From Sphaerodactylus townsendi (lineage: Eukaryota), in NCBI RefSeq assembly GCF_021028975.2, contig NC_059437.1, positions 57,040,001 through 57,104,000 on the forward strand: DNA of 64,000 nucleotides, written 5' to 3'. Below are positions 1 to 13,487 of the stretch, one piece after another. Position 1 is the first letter of the stretch; each line of letters begins with the position of its first letter. The notes under the pieces are model-generated. The model saw only the letters and a list, made by a program, of their open reading frames with translations, made no database searches and had not been told where the DNA came from. The position numbers and the translations under genes are program-made.

Positions 1-364
1 AATTGATGCCTTCCGCTCCCTGCCCAGTCGGAAGTTGCAGAGTTCAGGCGCCAGCTGGAGCCCAACAAGACTTTGGGGGGTGTGAGTTTTCAAAAGTCAG
101 AACTTCCGTCATCTGGTGAAAGATATCTGACATGGGGAGCTTGGACTCTCGAAATCCCCCCAAATCTTGCTGGCTTCTAAGGCGCCGCTGGGCTTTGCTG
201 CAGCTCTTATCCTGCCGACCGACACAGGCGGCCCCTGATCTGCTCTGCTGCTTTTCAGTTCTAGACCTGGAGATGCTTTCAGGCTCGGGGGGCTTGCAGA
301 GGGGCGCCCCTTTGTCGTGCCCGCCTCCCCATCCTCCGCTGAACCCCCTCCTGGCCTCTTTCAG

Positions 365-522
365 GTTCAAAGCTACCTTGTGGATGTCGGAAGCGTTCCC
401 GCTCTCGCTTGTGGAACACGTGACTCCCATCATTGACCTGATGGCCAGGACCAGCGCCCACTTCGCTCGGCTCAAGGACTTCATCACCTTAGAATTCCCG
501 CCTGGATTTCCAGTCAAAATAG
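365..522 (+). CDS. ANKRD13A: ANKRD13A internal coding exon ([52 protein letters not shown])
   Basis: Peptide closely matches ANKRD13A as recalled; ttcag acceptor, G|gtact donor; phase fits next exon. Confidence 0.95.
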
Positions 523-777
523 GTACTGACTCTCTTCAGTTGCTTTGTGGGTTCCCCCCCGACTCCTGAGTGCGGCATCATGTGCTCCTGGGTAGTGCTT
601 GGTTCGAGCCCTCTTCCACATAGAGGAAGCTGAATGGGGTGAGGTCTCTGCTTAGTTAACCAGGAAAAGACTGTTCCCTGCTTGGAACTCTGGAGAGCCA
701 CTGGCCGTCAGAGGAGCCAGTGCTGGGCTGGGATCACAGCCCTGCTTGTCATTTCACCTCCTCTACCCCCCCACCAG

Positions 778-891
778 AAATCCCCTTGTTCCACATACTG
801 AATGCTCGCATTACCTTTGGGAACGTGAACAGCTGCAGCACCATGGAAGAGGCATCGCCCGAGACCCTGGAAGGGGCCCAGTGGCAGCCAG
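778..891 (+). CDS. ANKRD13A: ANKRD13A coding exon (EIPLFHILNARITFGNVNSCSTMEEASPETLEGAQWQP)
   Basis: ccag acceptor, G|gtaag donor; conserved EIPLFHxLNARITFGN motif. Confidence 0.95.
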
Positions 892-1560
892 GTAAGAAAG
901 CCAGGCGGTTGGTGGAGCACCCCTGTGGGTTTGCCTTCCCCTTGGCGCTTGAAAATCGCTGCCTTTGTTTTTGAACGGGACCCCTGCAAGAGTCCAGGTT
1001 CTCTGCTTGGGGCTCCCTCCAACCTGGATTGTGTAAGTTGAACTTGGGCCGGAGGAACTTCATGTATCATAGCAGAGCAGGCAAATTTTCTGTGGTTCTG
1101 TGCTTTAGGATGCAGCTGTGGATGGCCTTTTCTCTCACTCCCCTCCCCCCTTGACCAGCCTGCCATCATTTCTGCCTTTGCCCTAAGATGTACTCAGGTT
1201 TCTCTGCTGGGTTTGTGTGGAGTGTCTCCCTCATTTTGTTTTACTGGAAACAGAGAGGAAGTTAAGGGGCTGGGGGAGCAGGGCTTGAGGGGATGCTCGG
1301 GGGTGGGGGTGTTTCAGGCAGGCATCTTCTGTGGGCCTGTGAAGGCGTCACCCCAAGGGGAAAAGGAGGGATGCAGAAGTCGGTTTCCAAGGGATGCAGA
1401 GTCTGTCCAGGAGACTGGCAGCTCTCCTCTTTGCTGTGTGGGGGGGAAAGAGGTGGGGCCTCTGAGGTGCAAAGGGAAATGTGGGCCACCCCTCCGAAAA
1501 TCACACATGCCGCCCAAACCCTGTCTGCTCGCCATCCCTCTCTTCCATGTGCTGCTCCAG

Positions 1561-1712
1561 CCTCTGCCTTTGCAGTGGACCAGTCCGTCTTTGAGATCCC
1601 GAAATCCTACCGCGTTCAGGATGACTTCAGGAATGCGCGTGTTCAGGACGAAGACAACGAGATCATGCAGTTCGCCATTCAGCAGAGCCTGATGGAGTCC
1701 AGCCAGAACACA
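1561..1712 (+). CDS. ANKRD13A: ANKRD13A coding exon with first ubiquitin-interacting motif ([18 protein letters not shown])
   Basis: ctccag acceptor, gtgagt donor; VDQSVFEIP and UIM match ANKRD13A. Confidence 0.95.
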
Positions 1713-2815
1713 GTGAGTCTGCGGCGCAACCGGGAATGCTTCACCTACGCGTGGAGGGAGCGGGTGTGCTGCTTTTCTCCCTCCCCATGTCCATTTCCAC
1801 GTGAATTACTTGCCCCGGACCCAGGAAGCCGAGTTTTTTCCTGACCTCCCGCAGCATTGTGGCACATTCCTGCACCTTCTGGGGTTTCCCAAACCTGCTG
1901 TGCTCTGAAATTTTGGGAAAGATCACAGCAAAGCCTGCAGAGCTGCCTTGTAGGCGAGAAAGTTTGCATTTTTCCAGTTCCTTCTACATGGCAGCCATTT
2001 CCCCTTTTCAGCCAAGGCGGAGGTTTTATTTTAAATCAGCAACTGAGTATCATTATAGCAGTATAACATTATAATGAGCTGTGTACCGGGTTCTCTGAAT
2101 TTCCAGACTTTTCATTTAAAAAGTCTCTTGCCATTTTCATTACAGAGATATGCCTTTCCCCTTACATCTCCATAATGAAAAAGGATAAACGTTTATAAGT
2201 GAAAGCTGGCATTTAGAGAAATAGTTACATAAATTATTATTACAATATTCAAGTACTTCGTTGTTGTTTTTAATGAAGAAAATGACCGGTGGCATGGGGG
2301 GAAGGGGAGAATATCATTGCCATAGGACCAAGACAAGGATTCTGTGTGGAAACCTTCCTTGTGGAAGTCTTGTGTGCTGTGGAAGCCGTTGTGCTGCGTT
2401 AGTAGCCTCTGCAGCAAGAAGGAAATGGTGCATACCTGTGAAAAACACCTTAGTCAAAGTTTTTTTTGGGGGGGGTTGTCTGAAAGAGCCCCTCAAAGAG
2501 CTTTGCTGAGAGTTGGGGGAGCCTGGCTACTTCCACCATCAAAATAGCGAGCCAGCCCCACAATCTACTTGGAAGCCTCCGGAATGAGGCTCTGCACATG
2601 CCCCAAAGCTGAAATTACTCATTCTTCTGCAGCGCCTGCATGTGAATTTGCTGCTCTGTCCGTGTCTCCGATGCTGCCCTTTCTACCTGCATTCTGGGAG
2701 TGCCAGGCCAGCCTCCCCTCCCCTCCCCTCCCCATCTGGCCTCTGTCGCATGCAAATCACAGGCAACCTGTAGTGTGTGTTCAAAACTCCAGGGCTGTTT
2801 TGGTCTCTTTTCCAG

Positions 2816-2883
2816 GAGGCCTTGAGTGCCACCTCCAACGGGGCAGTTTCCTACTCTGAGGACCTCAACCTTCAGTACCAAAG
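2816..2883 (+). CDS. ANKRD13A: ANKRD13A small coding exon (EALSATSNGAVSYSEDLNLQYQR)
   Basis: Polypyrimidine tract plus ccag, AG|gtaaa donor; phase 0 to 2 bridges the flanking exons; resembles SNGG...QYER segment. Confidence 0.85.
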
Positions 2884-3854
2884 GTAAAAGGCCTCCTGTG
2901 TGCCTTAACATGAAGAGCTCCTCCACCGCCACTGGCCGGGTCTCAGAGCCCTGCAAAGTTTAGGGTACCCGGTGGCGGTTGCTGGCCACTTGCAGCCTTG
3001 GTGACCTTGTGGAAGTTATCCCCCTCTCCCCATGGTGCCCTTTGGTCCTGGGCATCTCTAGAGGCTCTTGGGAGGGGTGACTGGGAAGGCCCTTTCCCTG
3101 CACCTGGGAGCATTGCTGTCTGTGGTCAGAGCAGCCTGGGATGGCTCCTGGGGTACCAAGCAAACTGCCTCTGGACAATGCTTGGCGTCCTTGAGCTGGG
3201 GTTCCATAGGGAGGCTGCTCTTTCCTGCAATCCCAGCTGGCCAGAAATTTGTACCACTTAGCATATTGGGTGTGCAGCAACCACCGCTTCTGTCTGCATA
3301 GCTCAGATGTTGCTGAGTGCACTACAGGGACCTGTTTGTGTTCTCCAGCAGGTAGTGGTGGGTAATTCGAGGGTCCTTTGGTCTGTTCCGGTCTTTTTAT
3401 CCAGTGGAAACGGGCTGTGTTGGAAGCCAGAGGGCGAGAGGGGCCGTGGCCAGGGATCCCCCTTCTCAACCTCCAGGCAATGCAAATGTGATCCACCCTA
3501 ATCACTTACAGGGTGCAGATTGGATGAGGCACCTGTGCGGAAGGGGGCGATGCGTGGCTTTTAGTGTGGCCAGGCTGCTTGTGAAGATGGCAAGCTGCTG
3601 CGTCCATCTCTTGAGCTCAGCCTGTCTTCTCTGACTGACAGCTGCTCAGGGAGATCCTCTTTCTCCCGGCCTGCTAGCGGAGGTCCTTGTGTTAGGGAGG
3701 CTGTGGGTTGAGCTGCAGAGTTGGCGCCTCTGGCCCAGCAGCCTCTGAGAAGGCCAGCTTGGAAATGCCGGGCTCTTCTCCCCCTGCAGAGCGGGTCCAG
3801 CGGGGCTCTCTGTCTTTTGACAGCTGCTCGACGGTGTTCCTCTGTTTTGCTCAG

Positions 3855-4053
3855 GGCCTTGCAGGAGAGCCTCCTCGTGGACGCCAGCCCCGCTGCCCCG
3901 GCGGCCCCGCTGAGAGACTCCTCCAGCTTTGACCGGGACTTGCAGCTGGCCATGGAGCTTTCTGTCCGTGAGCAGCAGGAGCTGAAGCGGCGGCAGGAGG
4001 AAGAGGAAGCCGAGCTGCAGCAAGCCCTCCAGCTCTCCCTCCTGGAGAATTAG
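3855..4053 (+). CDS. ANKRD13A: ANKRD13A terminal coding exon with UIMs (ALQESL...[15 protein letters not shown]...[17 protein letters not shown])
   Basis: ctcag acceptor; tandem UIMs; TAG at 4051-4053. Confidence 0.95.
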
Positions 4054-6682
4054 GCACTGGGGGCAGCTGCAGCGTGCACCAGAAAGCGACGGGGAAGCCG
4101 CTCGTGGCAGCAGCTCTGAGAACTGCAGTGACTCAGCAGCCCAGAGCCCTGGAGTGGCCGTCTGTGGTTCAGGGGAGCTGCCAGAACCATCCCTTGGCGC
4201 ACCGTGCACCACCCCCCGTTCTCTTTCCTTGCACTGCCTTCACATCCATTGCCCAGTTGCCTTCCTGGAAAGACGGGTGGGACCTTTGCCGGGCGTGATT
4301 CCCCTGGAGAGCTTGACTAAGGGGGGGGCGGGGGAGAGGATTGCCTCACCCTGTGCCAAAGAGAGGGGCAGCGCCCCAGGTTTTGTTGAGTTTTGAAGGC
4401 TCCCGTAAAGCGTGGCGCTTCTTTGTTGGGGCTGTGGGAGAGCAATTTCTCTGACTCCCCGCTTCTTCCTCCCTGCTCCGCCTCCCTCGTGTAGCCATTC
4501 CAGACTCCATTCCCTTGCCTCCTCTCTCCCTGCAAGAACCTCTGGCTCTAACTGGTGCTTTGTACAGCTTCCTCTCGGGTTGTTTTTAAAGCCACTTACA
4601 GGAACCGTCCTCTGTGATGAATTCCCACGGCAAACCGCCTCTGGCTTCCTTTTAAAAGGGGTCGATAAACAGCTGACTGCCTTGAGGACTAGCCTCTTGG
4701 GGTGTTCCCAGGGCCTTGCTTTCTGGGTCCTGCTGCCCTGATTGGCAGCGCAGAGGCTGGGCCTGTGTCTGTGCATGCCTGTTCCTCCCCTCCTCTCCTG
4801 CAGTCTCTTGGCAAAGTCCACCAGCCACGGGTGGGGACCAAGAGCCCCCCTTCCTCATTGCTCCCCCCAGTTCCAGGAAGTGAGCAGAGGGATGGTGGCG
4901 CCAGGGGCGGAACCAGACCGTACCCCTTTGGTGTGGATCCTGTGCTTGAGGCTGAAGGGTTTTCCCTCTCTCCTTGTGCCCTGCTGCCATAAAGCTCTTC
5001 CTGTGTCTGCTGCGCACTGCAAACGCCAAAGGCAGCCTGGCCCTTCTGAACAGGGGGGGCTTCTCTAGTGCTTGAGTCCCACCTCAGGGTGCAAACTCCC
5101 TCCACCAAGTCCCGTCCTTCTGCAATAAACCTGCTGGGGGTTTGCCAGGCCTTATGAAGCCGCCTTCTGTTGTGGCCAGCACCCGTGGCTGGCCAGATGT
5201 TGCCTCACAGGGACCTGTCCCCCCTCCTTCTGGGGCGGATCCCGGCAGCATCCAGAAGCCCCAGCAAGTGGGCCAAGTTCCTGGGCTGCGTTTGTGCCTG
5301 GCCTGGGAGCTTCCTTTCTCTTTCAAATAAAGAGCAAAAAGCACTTTGCAAAAAAGCACTTTGTTTGGTACTGTGGATCCTCCTCCGTACATGGCAGGTG
5401 GGGTCTCCAGAGGAGGCTTCCGCCCCCTCACCCCGCCCCCTCACCTGAATAGGGATGTGGGACTCTTGTCTCACTACAGATGCTAATTTTGGGTCCCTAA
5501 GCTGATGACAATCTGCCTTGCACCTGCGCATCCTGTTTCCTTGCTCTGAACACCCCTCCCCCCACCCCGCACTTCAGACTTGGATATAAGTACTCTGGGA
5601 ACTCCATCCTGCTTTTTTTTTTAACTCTCGAAAGCTGGTGGCATCTAGTGCGCAAAGGAAGTGGAGAGTCATAAATGTGCAAGTGGAGAGGATCTACTAG
5701 AGTGGATGGCAGGACCAAGCAAGCAGGTAGCGGTTGCTGCCTTCGTGTGTTGCGTGTGGGTCCCCTGACAGGGCCTGAAGTATCACAGGTCAAACCACCT
5801 CTGTCAAGAGTGACATGTCTGTCCTGGAATGGAGGAGTCTGTCACTCACAGCAGCAGTCCCCTGGATGCCCAGTGCCTCGACCCCTCTGACTCTCTGGTC
5901 TGAGGTGAAGAGACAGCACAGAGTCCTTCACTTCCAACAACAGAGGAAGTAGGTTAGAGTGAGAGAGCAGCTGCCTCCCCCCCCCCCCAGTCTGCAGTTC
6001 CAGGGGCAGAGTTTCCTCACGTTGCTTGTAGCAATTTGTGGATCAAAACTTATCACAGCAACAAGAACTGTCTCAAAACAGCACAGAACTGGCCCAAGGA
6101 GCGTTGGGATGCTTTGTGGCTTCTCTTCCACACCTCAGTTCCACCCCAGATTGCGCAGGAGGGGCAGCGACAGTTCTTTGGCAGTGTTACGTCTTAGCCC
6201 CCCCCCCTCTCAGTTGGACTCTTCCCCCGCAAGGGACCAGCCGGGAGCCCCCTTCTTGCCTGCAGAATCTGTCTCTGGAGGGCTGCAGCTCTGGGAGTTG
6301 TTGCTCGTTCGTCACGTCAGCTGAGAATGTGACGGGTGGCATTTGCTCTGCTGCCGCTGGGCTCCCTAAATGCACTCTGTGACGAACAGGAACCCGTTGG
6401 CAGTCACGGGACGGTGGTGGCACCGACAAAATAGCCTTCCAGCATAATACGGGGAGAAGGAACTGATCTTAACCTGACCCCAGGAGGTCTAACGATGGTT
6501 TGGTGTTTAGTGGCCCAATGACGCTCTTGAGGAACACCCACCGTCTCCTATCATGGAAGGGCTGTGCCATTTACATTAGAGTCCTGGATGGGTAATTGGA
6601 TCAAGCGCTGCCCAAAAGCCATTAAAAGCCACTGTCTATGGCTGTGCTTCGATTTTACGTATTTATAAATTGTACTAGAGTC

Positions 6683-6688
6683 AATAAA
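6683..6688 (+). terminator. Probable ANKRD13A polyadenylation signal (AATAAA), implying about 2.6 kb of 3' UTR
   Basis: AATAAA after an AU-rich stretch (gattttacgtatttataaattgta), just before a CR1 insertion; other AATAAA near 5124 and 5325. Confidence 0.5.
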
Positions 6689-6769
6689 GCCATGGTTGGA
6701 TGCCTGCCCACGCTTTTGCGCTCCTTTATGCAGCCCAGTAATCTAACTTCTGCAAAATCCCGTTTTCAT

Positions 6770-7260
6770 GGTAGCAGAGTATTCCATAGTCCCAACAGCT
6801 TTTACCGTCAGGAAGTTCTTCCTGATGTTTAGGTGGAATCTCTTTCCCTGCACATTGAATCCATTACTCCGTGTCCTAGTCTCTGAGGCAGCAGAAAACG
6901 AGCTTGATCCCTCACCAACACGACATCCCTTCAAATATAGAAACTTGGCTACCGTGTCACCCCTTAACCTTATTTTCTCCAGACAAAACTTACCGAGCTC
7001 CCTGCGTCTTTTCTCATGGGGCATGGAATCCAGACCTTTGACCATTTCGGTTGCCCTCCTCTGGGCCAGTTCCAGCTTGTAAATATCCTTCCTGAATTCT
7101 AATGAGCAGAACTTGGACTTAGTATTCCAGGTGAGGTCTGCAGTATAAAGTGGTACTTTTACATCCCTTGATCTAGACACTATACTCCCATTGATGCATC
7201 CCTGAATTGCATTGGCTTTCTTGGCTGCTGCATCACACTGCTGACTCATGTTCAGTTAAG
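6770..7260 (-). mobile_element. CR1 LINE fragment (ORF2 C-terminal region)
   Basis: Minus ORF MSQQCDAAAKKANAIQGCI...LELAQRRATEMVKGL...FHLNIRKNFLTV is the typical CR1 ORF2 end. Confidence 0.9.
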
Positions 7261-9134
7261 ACTCCCAGATCCCTTTCGCATATCTAACAATGCAGGTGCA
7301 AATCCTGGTTTGTTTTTTTAAGCCATAAGTTGTGACAAAAGCCCCAACCTTAAACTCCATGTCACCTAGAGAGTAAAGTTATGCTGCTCTGTAGGGGTTG
7401 CTGGAGGCATCTCTGAAGAAACAGAACCGGAGGCCTCTGGCTGTGGGCCTTTCATCCAGACTGCTAGAATGGTCTGCACGAGAATGCAGTGATGGTTTAA
7501 CTTCTTTGAGAGTAACACTCCTCTTCAGGCTGGGAGGGGTGGAGCAAGGAGCATTTAGAGCAGGGGGAAGAGAACAACCTTCGGCGGTCATGATCCTGCA
7601 ATGCGGATGGTTCCTTTTGGGAAAAGCCCCAGGTTGTGGGCAAGAGGGGAGGGTGTGGTACACTTAATACAGAGACCCTCTTGGTTAGGGTTTCCATGGT
7701 TCCCTTGCTTGCTTTAATTATTGTTCTCATGATTACTTTGTAAACCACATCGAGCAGTTCTCTGGAGAAGCCACAGGTACATTTTTTTTTAATAAGGAGA
7801 GATTCAACTTGTCCGTCAAGCAGGAGAGATCCCCCCCCCCCTCCAAGGCTGGCCCTCACAAGGGAAATGAAAATGTAGGAATCACAACCTCCTTGGACTT
7901 CCCCTTCTCTTCCATCCCCATTTCCCCTCACCAGCACAGGAGTTTTCTGAAACCCCGTCGGTGCCACTTTCTGTTCCACCTTCGATTGCCCGGCCTGTGA
8001 CATCCCAGCTGTACTCCACCTGTTTCAGGCTACATCCGGTGCCAAGGTTGCTAAGCCTGCGGGAGTGACCTTGAAGGCTTCTAGCACCACCTCCCAGCCC
8101 CGATCAGAAGGAGCAGGTCCCACGCAACTCGTTGTTCCCCTTGGCCAAGGAGTCTGTGGGCATTTCTCCCCTCCTCTCTGCTGAAGTTCAGGACCAGTAG
8201 AATTGAGCTCCATCCACCCAACATCACAATGATTGTGGAGGCCTTTCTGTGGGCTCTCGTGGGTGAGTAGAAGCAAGGGAAGGGTTTTTTTCCTCCTTCA
8301 GGGACCAGGTTGAGGGGGGGGGGCAGAGGAGAAGCAGTGTCTACCAGGTGGTCGGCGGCACCGAGGAAGTCGCTTCCTCCTAGATCTCCGCTTAACTTGC
8401 ACAGAGATGGGATCTGGGTCTAGCTGCAGGTAGGCCTTTGCTGCTGGGGAGCAGATATTGCTCCGGTCAGTTCCAAGAGCGGAGGCCTGCTGGGAATCTT
8501 ACATCGCCTGACGGAAGCAAAGAGGAGAGAGATGTCAGTAGAAATGAAGCTTTGGCGCTCAGTTTGCAAACATCTGGAGTTTGGGGGTGGGGTGGAGTTC
8601 CAGATGCTGGACACAGGGACACGCGTGGAGCTGCTTATCTTGGGGCAGGCTGTCCGTGGGCTCTCCAGGCCACTTGCCTCTGACTAGCTGCCATTTCCAG
8701 GATCTCAGCTGGATTTCTGACCCTTTGCCAGCATCTTGATTTTAAAACCGGCGGTGCTGCCAGGCCTGGTGGCTTGAGGGGGTGGGATAAGGACTCTGAG
8801 GCAAACTGCCCACTGGATTGAGTATTGTCCTCAGCTCCAGCCTTCCCTGTGGGATTCTTTAAATTCTAGCTGCCCACTAACAGGCAAAGGGGGGATTCAT
8901 GTAAAGGTCGGGTGGGGTGTCAGGCTGGAATAATTTGTGAGGCACAAAGAAATTGCTTTTTCAGAGACATTTGACTAGACAGACAAGACACAACTGGGGA
9001 TGACCAACAAAAGTTTATTTAACAGGAAAATGTAGGGTAAATGCTTTGTGTTGATGGTTTCAGTATATATGGGAATTGCTTCAGTCCCGCAAGGCCTATC
9101 AGGTGGAGCTGATCCACCTGGCCTTAAGCCAGGC

Positions 9135-11900
9135 AGAGGCGAGGCTACTTCATGGGGACATCCGGGACAGGTCTCGGCGCCACCTTGTGGTGGGCAAAAA
9201 CTGCAGGTCTCAAGTAGTGGCTCTTTTTCTATTTTCTGTGGTTTTTTCCCATTTCTCTCACCCAGGCGCTGTTTTAGGCTAGCAGCACCAAACTTCTCAG
9301 ATTCATTAAGCAGGACTCCTGATGATACCAGCCAAGTTTGGTGCAGTTTGGTCTTAGGGTCCAATGCCATGGACTCCACAAAATGGGTGTAGGACCCTAT
9401 ACCCATTATTTCCAATGGGAGCTTCAATAGTAAACGGGCGCTACCATCTTTGAGGGTCCATAACTTTGGATCCTCTGAACCAAACTTCACTCTCAAACCT
9501 AGGTGGTATCATATAAGGATAGTCTCCTCTGTTGATAGCTAATCTTAGGCTCTGGTGCAGTTTGTTCAGGGGTCCAGTTATGGACCCCCCAAAGGCTCCA
9601 TCCTCCATTGCTCTGTAACGGGGAGCTAATGGGTAGATGGGGCCACCCTTTGAGGGTCCATAACTTTGGGCTTCCTGGAACCAAACTCTACCTGCTAAAC
9701 CTGGGTGGTCAACTCAGGAGAGTCTCTCAAGATAGCCCAAAAGCTCTGTACTGTTAGCGTAGCTACTTGCCCTGACAGGCACCTCATTTTCCCCAGGTTC
9801 TCTTAAATCCACCTCCCTTTGGAGGGATTTAAAGGAGAATCTGGGCCCCTAGATTAAAAAAAACATTAAAAAGCATTGTTGAAGGCTTCAAAACCAGATT
9901 CAATTGGTATTGTGGGAGCTTTTATTAGAGCCGTGTAGCCGTATTCGATAGGATCTTGTTCCTAATATTACCAGACCTGTGGTTGGCATTCGTGAAGTGT
10001 ATCAAGCATAGAGAGAAGTCTGTTATAAGAGAAGTTGGCTGACACAGTGTACTAGACTCTCCCGTGATACACCTCCTTCGGAAAAAAATACCGTTTCGCA
10101 TTTGCGGTACCATTAGGAACAAGATACACCCAGACCACGGCCACAATAAGCCCAGAAAACCCATTATCATCCGCCAACATTGAAAGTTTAGATGCTGCCT
10201 AAAGGGAATCACCCCTGGAAAACAGCACTCACTTCAAATGTTGGCTTTTAAACTAGGAGCCTGTGAGCATCCCCTTAAGGGGTGGATTTGAGAATCTTGG
10301 CTCTTAGGTTTAAACACATTAAAAAGTGATGCTGTTTCAGGTGGGATTCCCTCCCAAAAAAAAAGGAGGCACTCACTCTCTCTAAATGTTGTTTAAACTA
10401 GGGAGCCCTGTGTGTCTATAGACTTGTGTGTTGGGCCAGCGTTCTATAAATGCAAATGGGTGGGGACTTTGAGATGACCTGGGTGCAAAAAATGCTGTTT
10501 GGTCGTGGTTGGGGCAACAAGTGGAGGCGTAGCCATGGGAGACATCCGGGGACAAGTGCGGGCACCACCTGTGGTGGTATAAAATTGCAGGAATTAGATT
10601 AGTGGCTTTTTCTATTTTCAGGGTTTTCCATTTCTGGCCTGCAGGGGGGGGCGCTGTTTTAGTGCTTGGCGCAAACTTTCAGACTATTGCCAGGTGACTC
10701 TCCTGATGATACCAATAGGATTTGAATTTTAGTTTGGTTCAGGGGTCCAACGGTATGGACCCACAAAATGGAGTGACCCCATACTCCATTATTTCAGGGC
10801 TAATAGTATGGCTACCATTTGAGGGTCCATAACTTTGGATCCCCTGGATCAAGCTTCACTAAACCTAGGTGGTATCATGAGGATGGTCTCCTGCTGACAC
10901 CAGGTTCAATTACGGTTGGTCAGAGATCCCAAAGATTATGAACTAAGGTAACTCCATCCTCCATTGTTTCCAATGGGGCTGGTGGTGAGGCCTTTGAGGT
11001 CCATAGCTTTGGGCTTCCTGAACCAAACTTCACTAAACCTGGGTGGTTTTTAATCAGGAGAGTCTTCTGAAGATAGCTAAAAGTTTGTTACTGTTAGTAA
11101 ACATTGCTCCCCTGACAGGCACCCACTACACATTTCCCTCAGGTTCTCTCCTTTAAAATCCACCTCCTTTGGAGTGGATTTAAAGGAAAATCTGAACTCC
11201 TAGATAAAAAAACATTAAAGTATTGTTGAAGGCTTTCCAAAAACCAGATTCAACTGGTAGTTGTGAGTTTACAGGCTGTGTAGCCGTGGTCTGATAGATC
11301 TTGTTCTAACATTTTAGCTGCATCTGTGGCTGGCATCGCTTCCAGAAGTGTATCTGAAGAAGTCTGTTATAAGAGAAGGCTGGACACAGTGTATGTGGAG
11401 CTTCTCTCTGTGATACACTGTCTGATACCAATGCACAGATGCAGGTGAAACATTAGGAACGAGATACACCAGACCGACCACACAGCCAGAAAACCCACAA
11501 TAACCAACATTGAAAATGATGCTGTTTGGGGTGGGGAATCTACCTGAAACAGCATCACTTTCAATAATTGTTTTAAACTCTAGGAGCCAGAGTATCAGCA
11601 AGATTGGATTTAAAGGAGAATCTAGGGCTCTGTAGTTTTAAACAACATTAAAAATGATGCTGTTTCAAGGTGGATTCCATAAAAAAATAGCATCACTTTC
11701 AATGTTGTTTAAACTAGGGAGCCCTGGGTGTGTTCAGATTTGTGTGTTGGGCCATGTTCTATAATGCAATGGTGACTTTGAGATGACCTGGTGCAAAAAA
11801 TGTTGTTTGGTCGTGGTGGGGGAGGGAGGCTGCCCAAATGGGGGGGGGGCGCAAAACTCAGATTTTGCCCCGGGCTCCATTTACCCTAGCTACACCCCTG
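9135..11900. mobile_element. Two tandem ~1.38-kb copies of a non-autonomous DNA-transposon-like repeat (about 9135-10520 and 10521-11900), each with the same inverted Penelope-like insert
   Basis: Collinear similarity of both halves; internal modules gggtccataactttgg...ccaaacttcac; terminus gctacacccctg at 11900. Confidence 0.65.
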
Positions 11901-13487
11901 GGGGGCAGCAATGGCCGTTCCCACTTGGCCGGCTTCCCATCTACTGATTTCTATTGTGTGGAGTATGGGAAAATATTGACATTTTAATTGCTCCCTCCCT
12001 CTCGTCGGATACTATATTTAAGGCGCCAGGTTTTATTGTTATGTTATTGTTAGAGAGAGAGTGTGTGTGTATCCATACATGCACAAACTTTGTAGCTTAG
12101 CCACAGTTAATATAAATAACCCCGAGGGAAGATTTGATCTCCCTTTCTCCTGTGAGGTTACCTCAGCTGACTGGATTTCACCTGAATCTACTCTCACAAC
12201 TGACAGGATTCTTCTGCAGGTTCCAGGTTGCTCTTTTAACACAGAGAGTTCCTGTCCACAGAGCCCATGCACATAACATAGAAATGTCAGACCTTTACAG
12301 GGTGCTCACTTGTCTCCCTGAGCCAACCCCAACACCGTAACTAAAAAACAAAAACAAACCAACCTGGCTAAGGGGGACGCTCTCCTCCCGAGCCACCAAA
12401 ATCCGGGGGGGGGTGGAGAGATTTCCCTCCCCGTTTATGCTGAGACTGGCTTGGCCCCTCCCAACCAGTGGGATTCCATGGGCCCTGATTGGCTGACTGT
12501 CAGGTGGATCTGCATGACGCTAAAATCTCAAGGATTGGTTTGGAGGAGAGGTGGGACTTTGGGGCATGATTTCCACACCAGGAAGTGCACCTGGGCCTTT
12601 CTACCTGCCAAGCAGGTGCTCTTGCGCTGGATCACTGTTGCCTCCCTGTATGATGTCTTGCTTGAACTTAAGCCAGGCTCATTTGCACTGGTTGTACTGA
12701 GGCTGAATTCATGTATTTGCTTGCCCTTGTAAGGTGTATGTGTATGGAGGGTACAAATTCCTCCCCTTATCTAAGAGTATGGAATGGATACCAAGCAATT
12801 TAGGCTGCTGTTCCTGCTCTGAATGGCCCACACTTAGTGTTCCCACTGGGCTGAAACAAGAATAAAAGCATTGATCTCCTTCAGGCAAGCAGAAAACAGA
12901 GAGGAAAGAAGTGGGTATGACAGCTGGGCAGAGGAACACATAAGGCATATTGTTGGCAGAGGATTTCACTGTGCCCACTTCCATCCCAGGCTGTGGGCTT
13001 TGCAGCAGTGGAGGCGGCGGCACCCTTTTTATCACTGCCGTGCGGTATATGTGAGATCAGCGGAATTAAATGTCGCTTTTCCTTCCCACCCACAAAGAAG
13101 GGAGAAAACAGAAAGGGACAGCGGGGAGGTTGCCGATTTGGAAGAAGTGCAGTTTCAGATTGTGTTGCCATTGGAGACAGGGCCCAAGCAGCAGCCAGTA
13201 CGTTTTATACTTCGTCCATTCCGCGCAGCACAAATAAGACCTAAAACCCGAGAACCTAAAAAATTGTGTCTTGGGAAGGAATACCCACACTGCTTTTTTC
13301 CCAAGACAGCCTCAGGACACCTTGTTTCAGTTCAAGGTGTGTTTTCCTGAAAATGCTTCAAGGTGCACCTTTTCCCCTTAAGGCAGCTGCAAAGACGTCC
13401 CCTGCCTGGCTGTGCGAAATGCCAAGCTCAGGAGGTAGCTTATTTTATCCACCTTACCATTTTGCTCTCTGATCAGTTCCATCATCA

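Noticed and set aside
12037-12278. Possible solo LTR with TGTTATGT...ACATAACA termini
   Set aside because: No matching target-site duplication and no internal polyadenylation signal; may be chance in low-complexity sequence
12440-13000. Cluster of ATTGG (CCAAT) and GGAAG (ETS-like) motifs as promoter of the Ig receptor
   Set aside because: Short motifs expected by chance, and no transcription start or convincing leader exon could be tied to them
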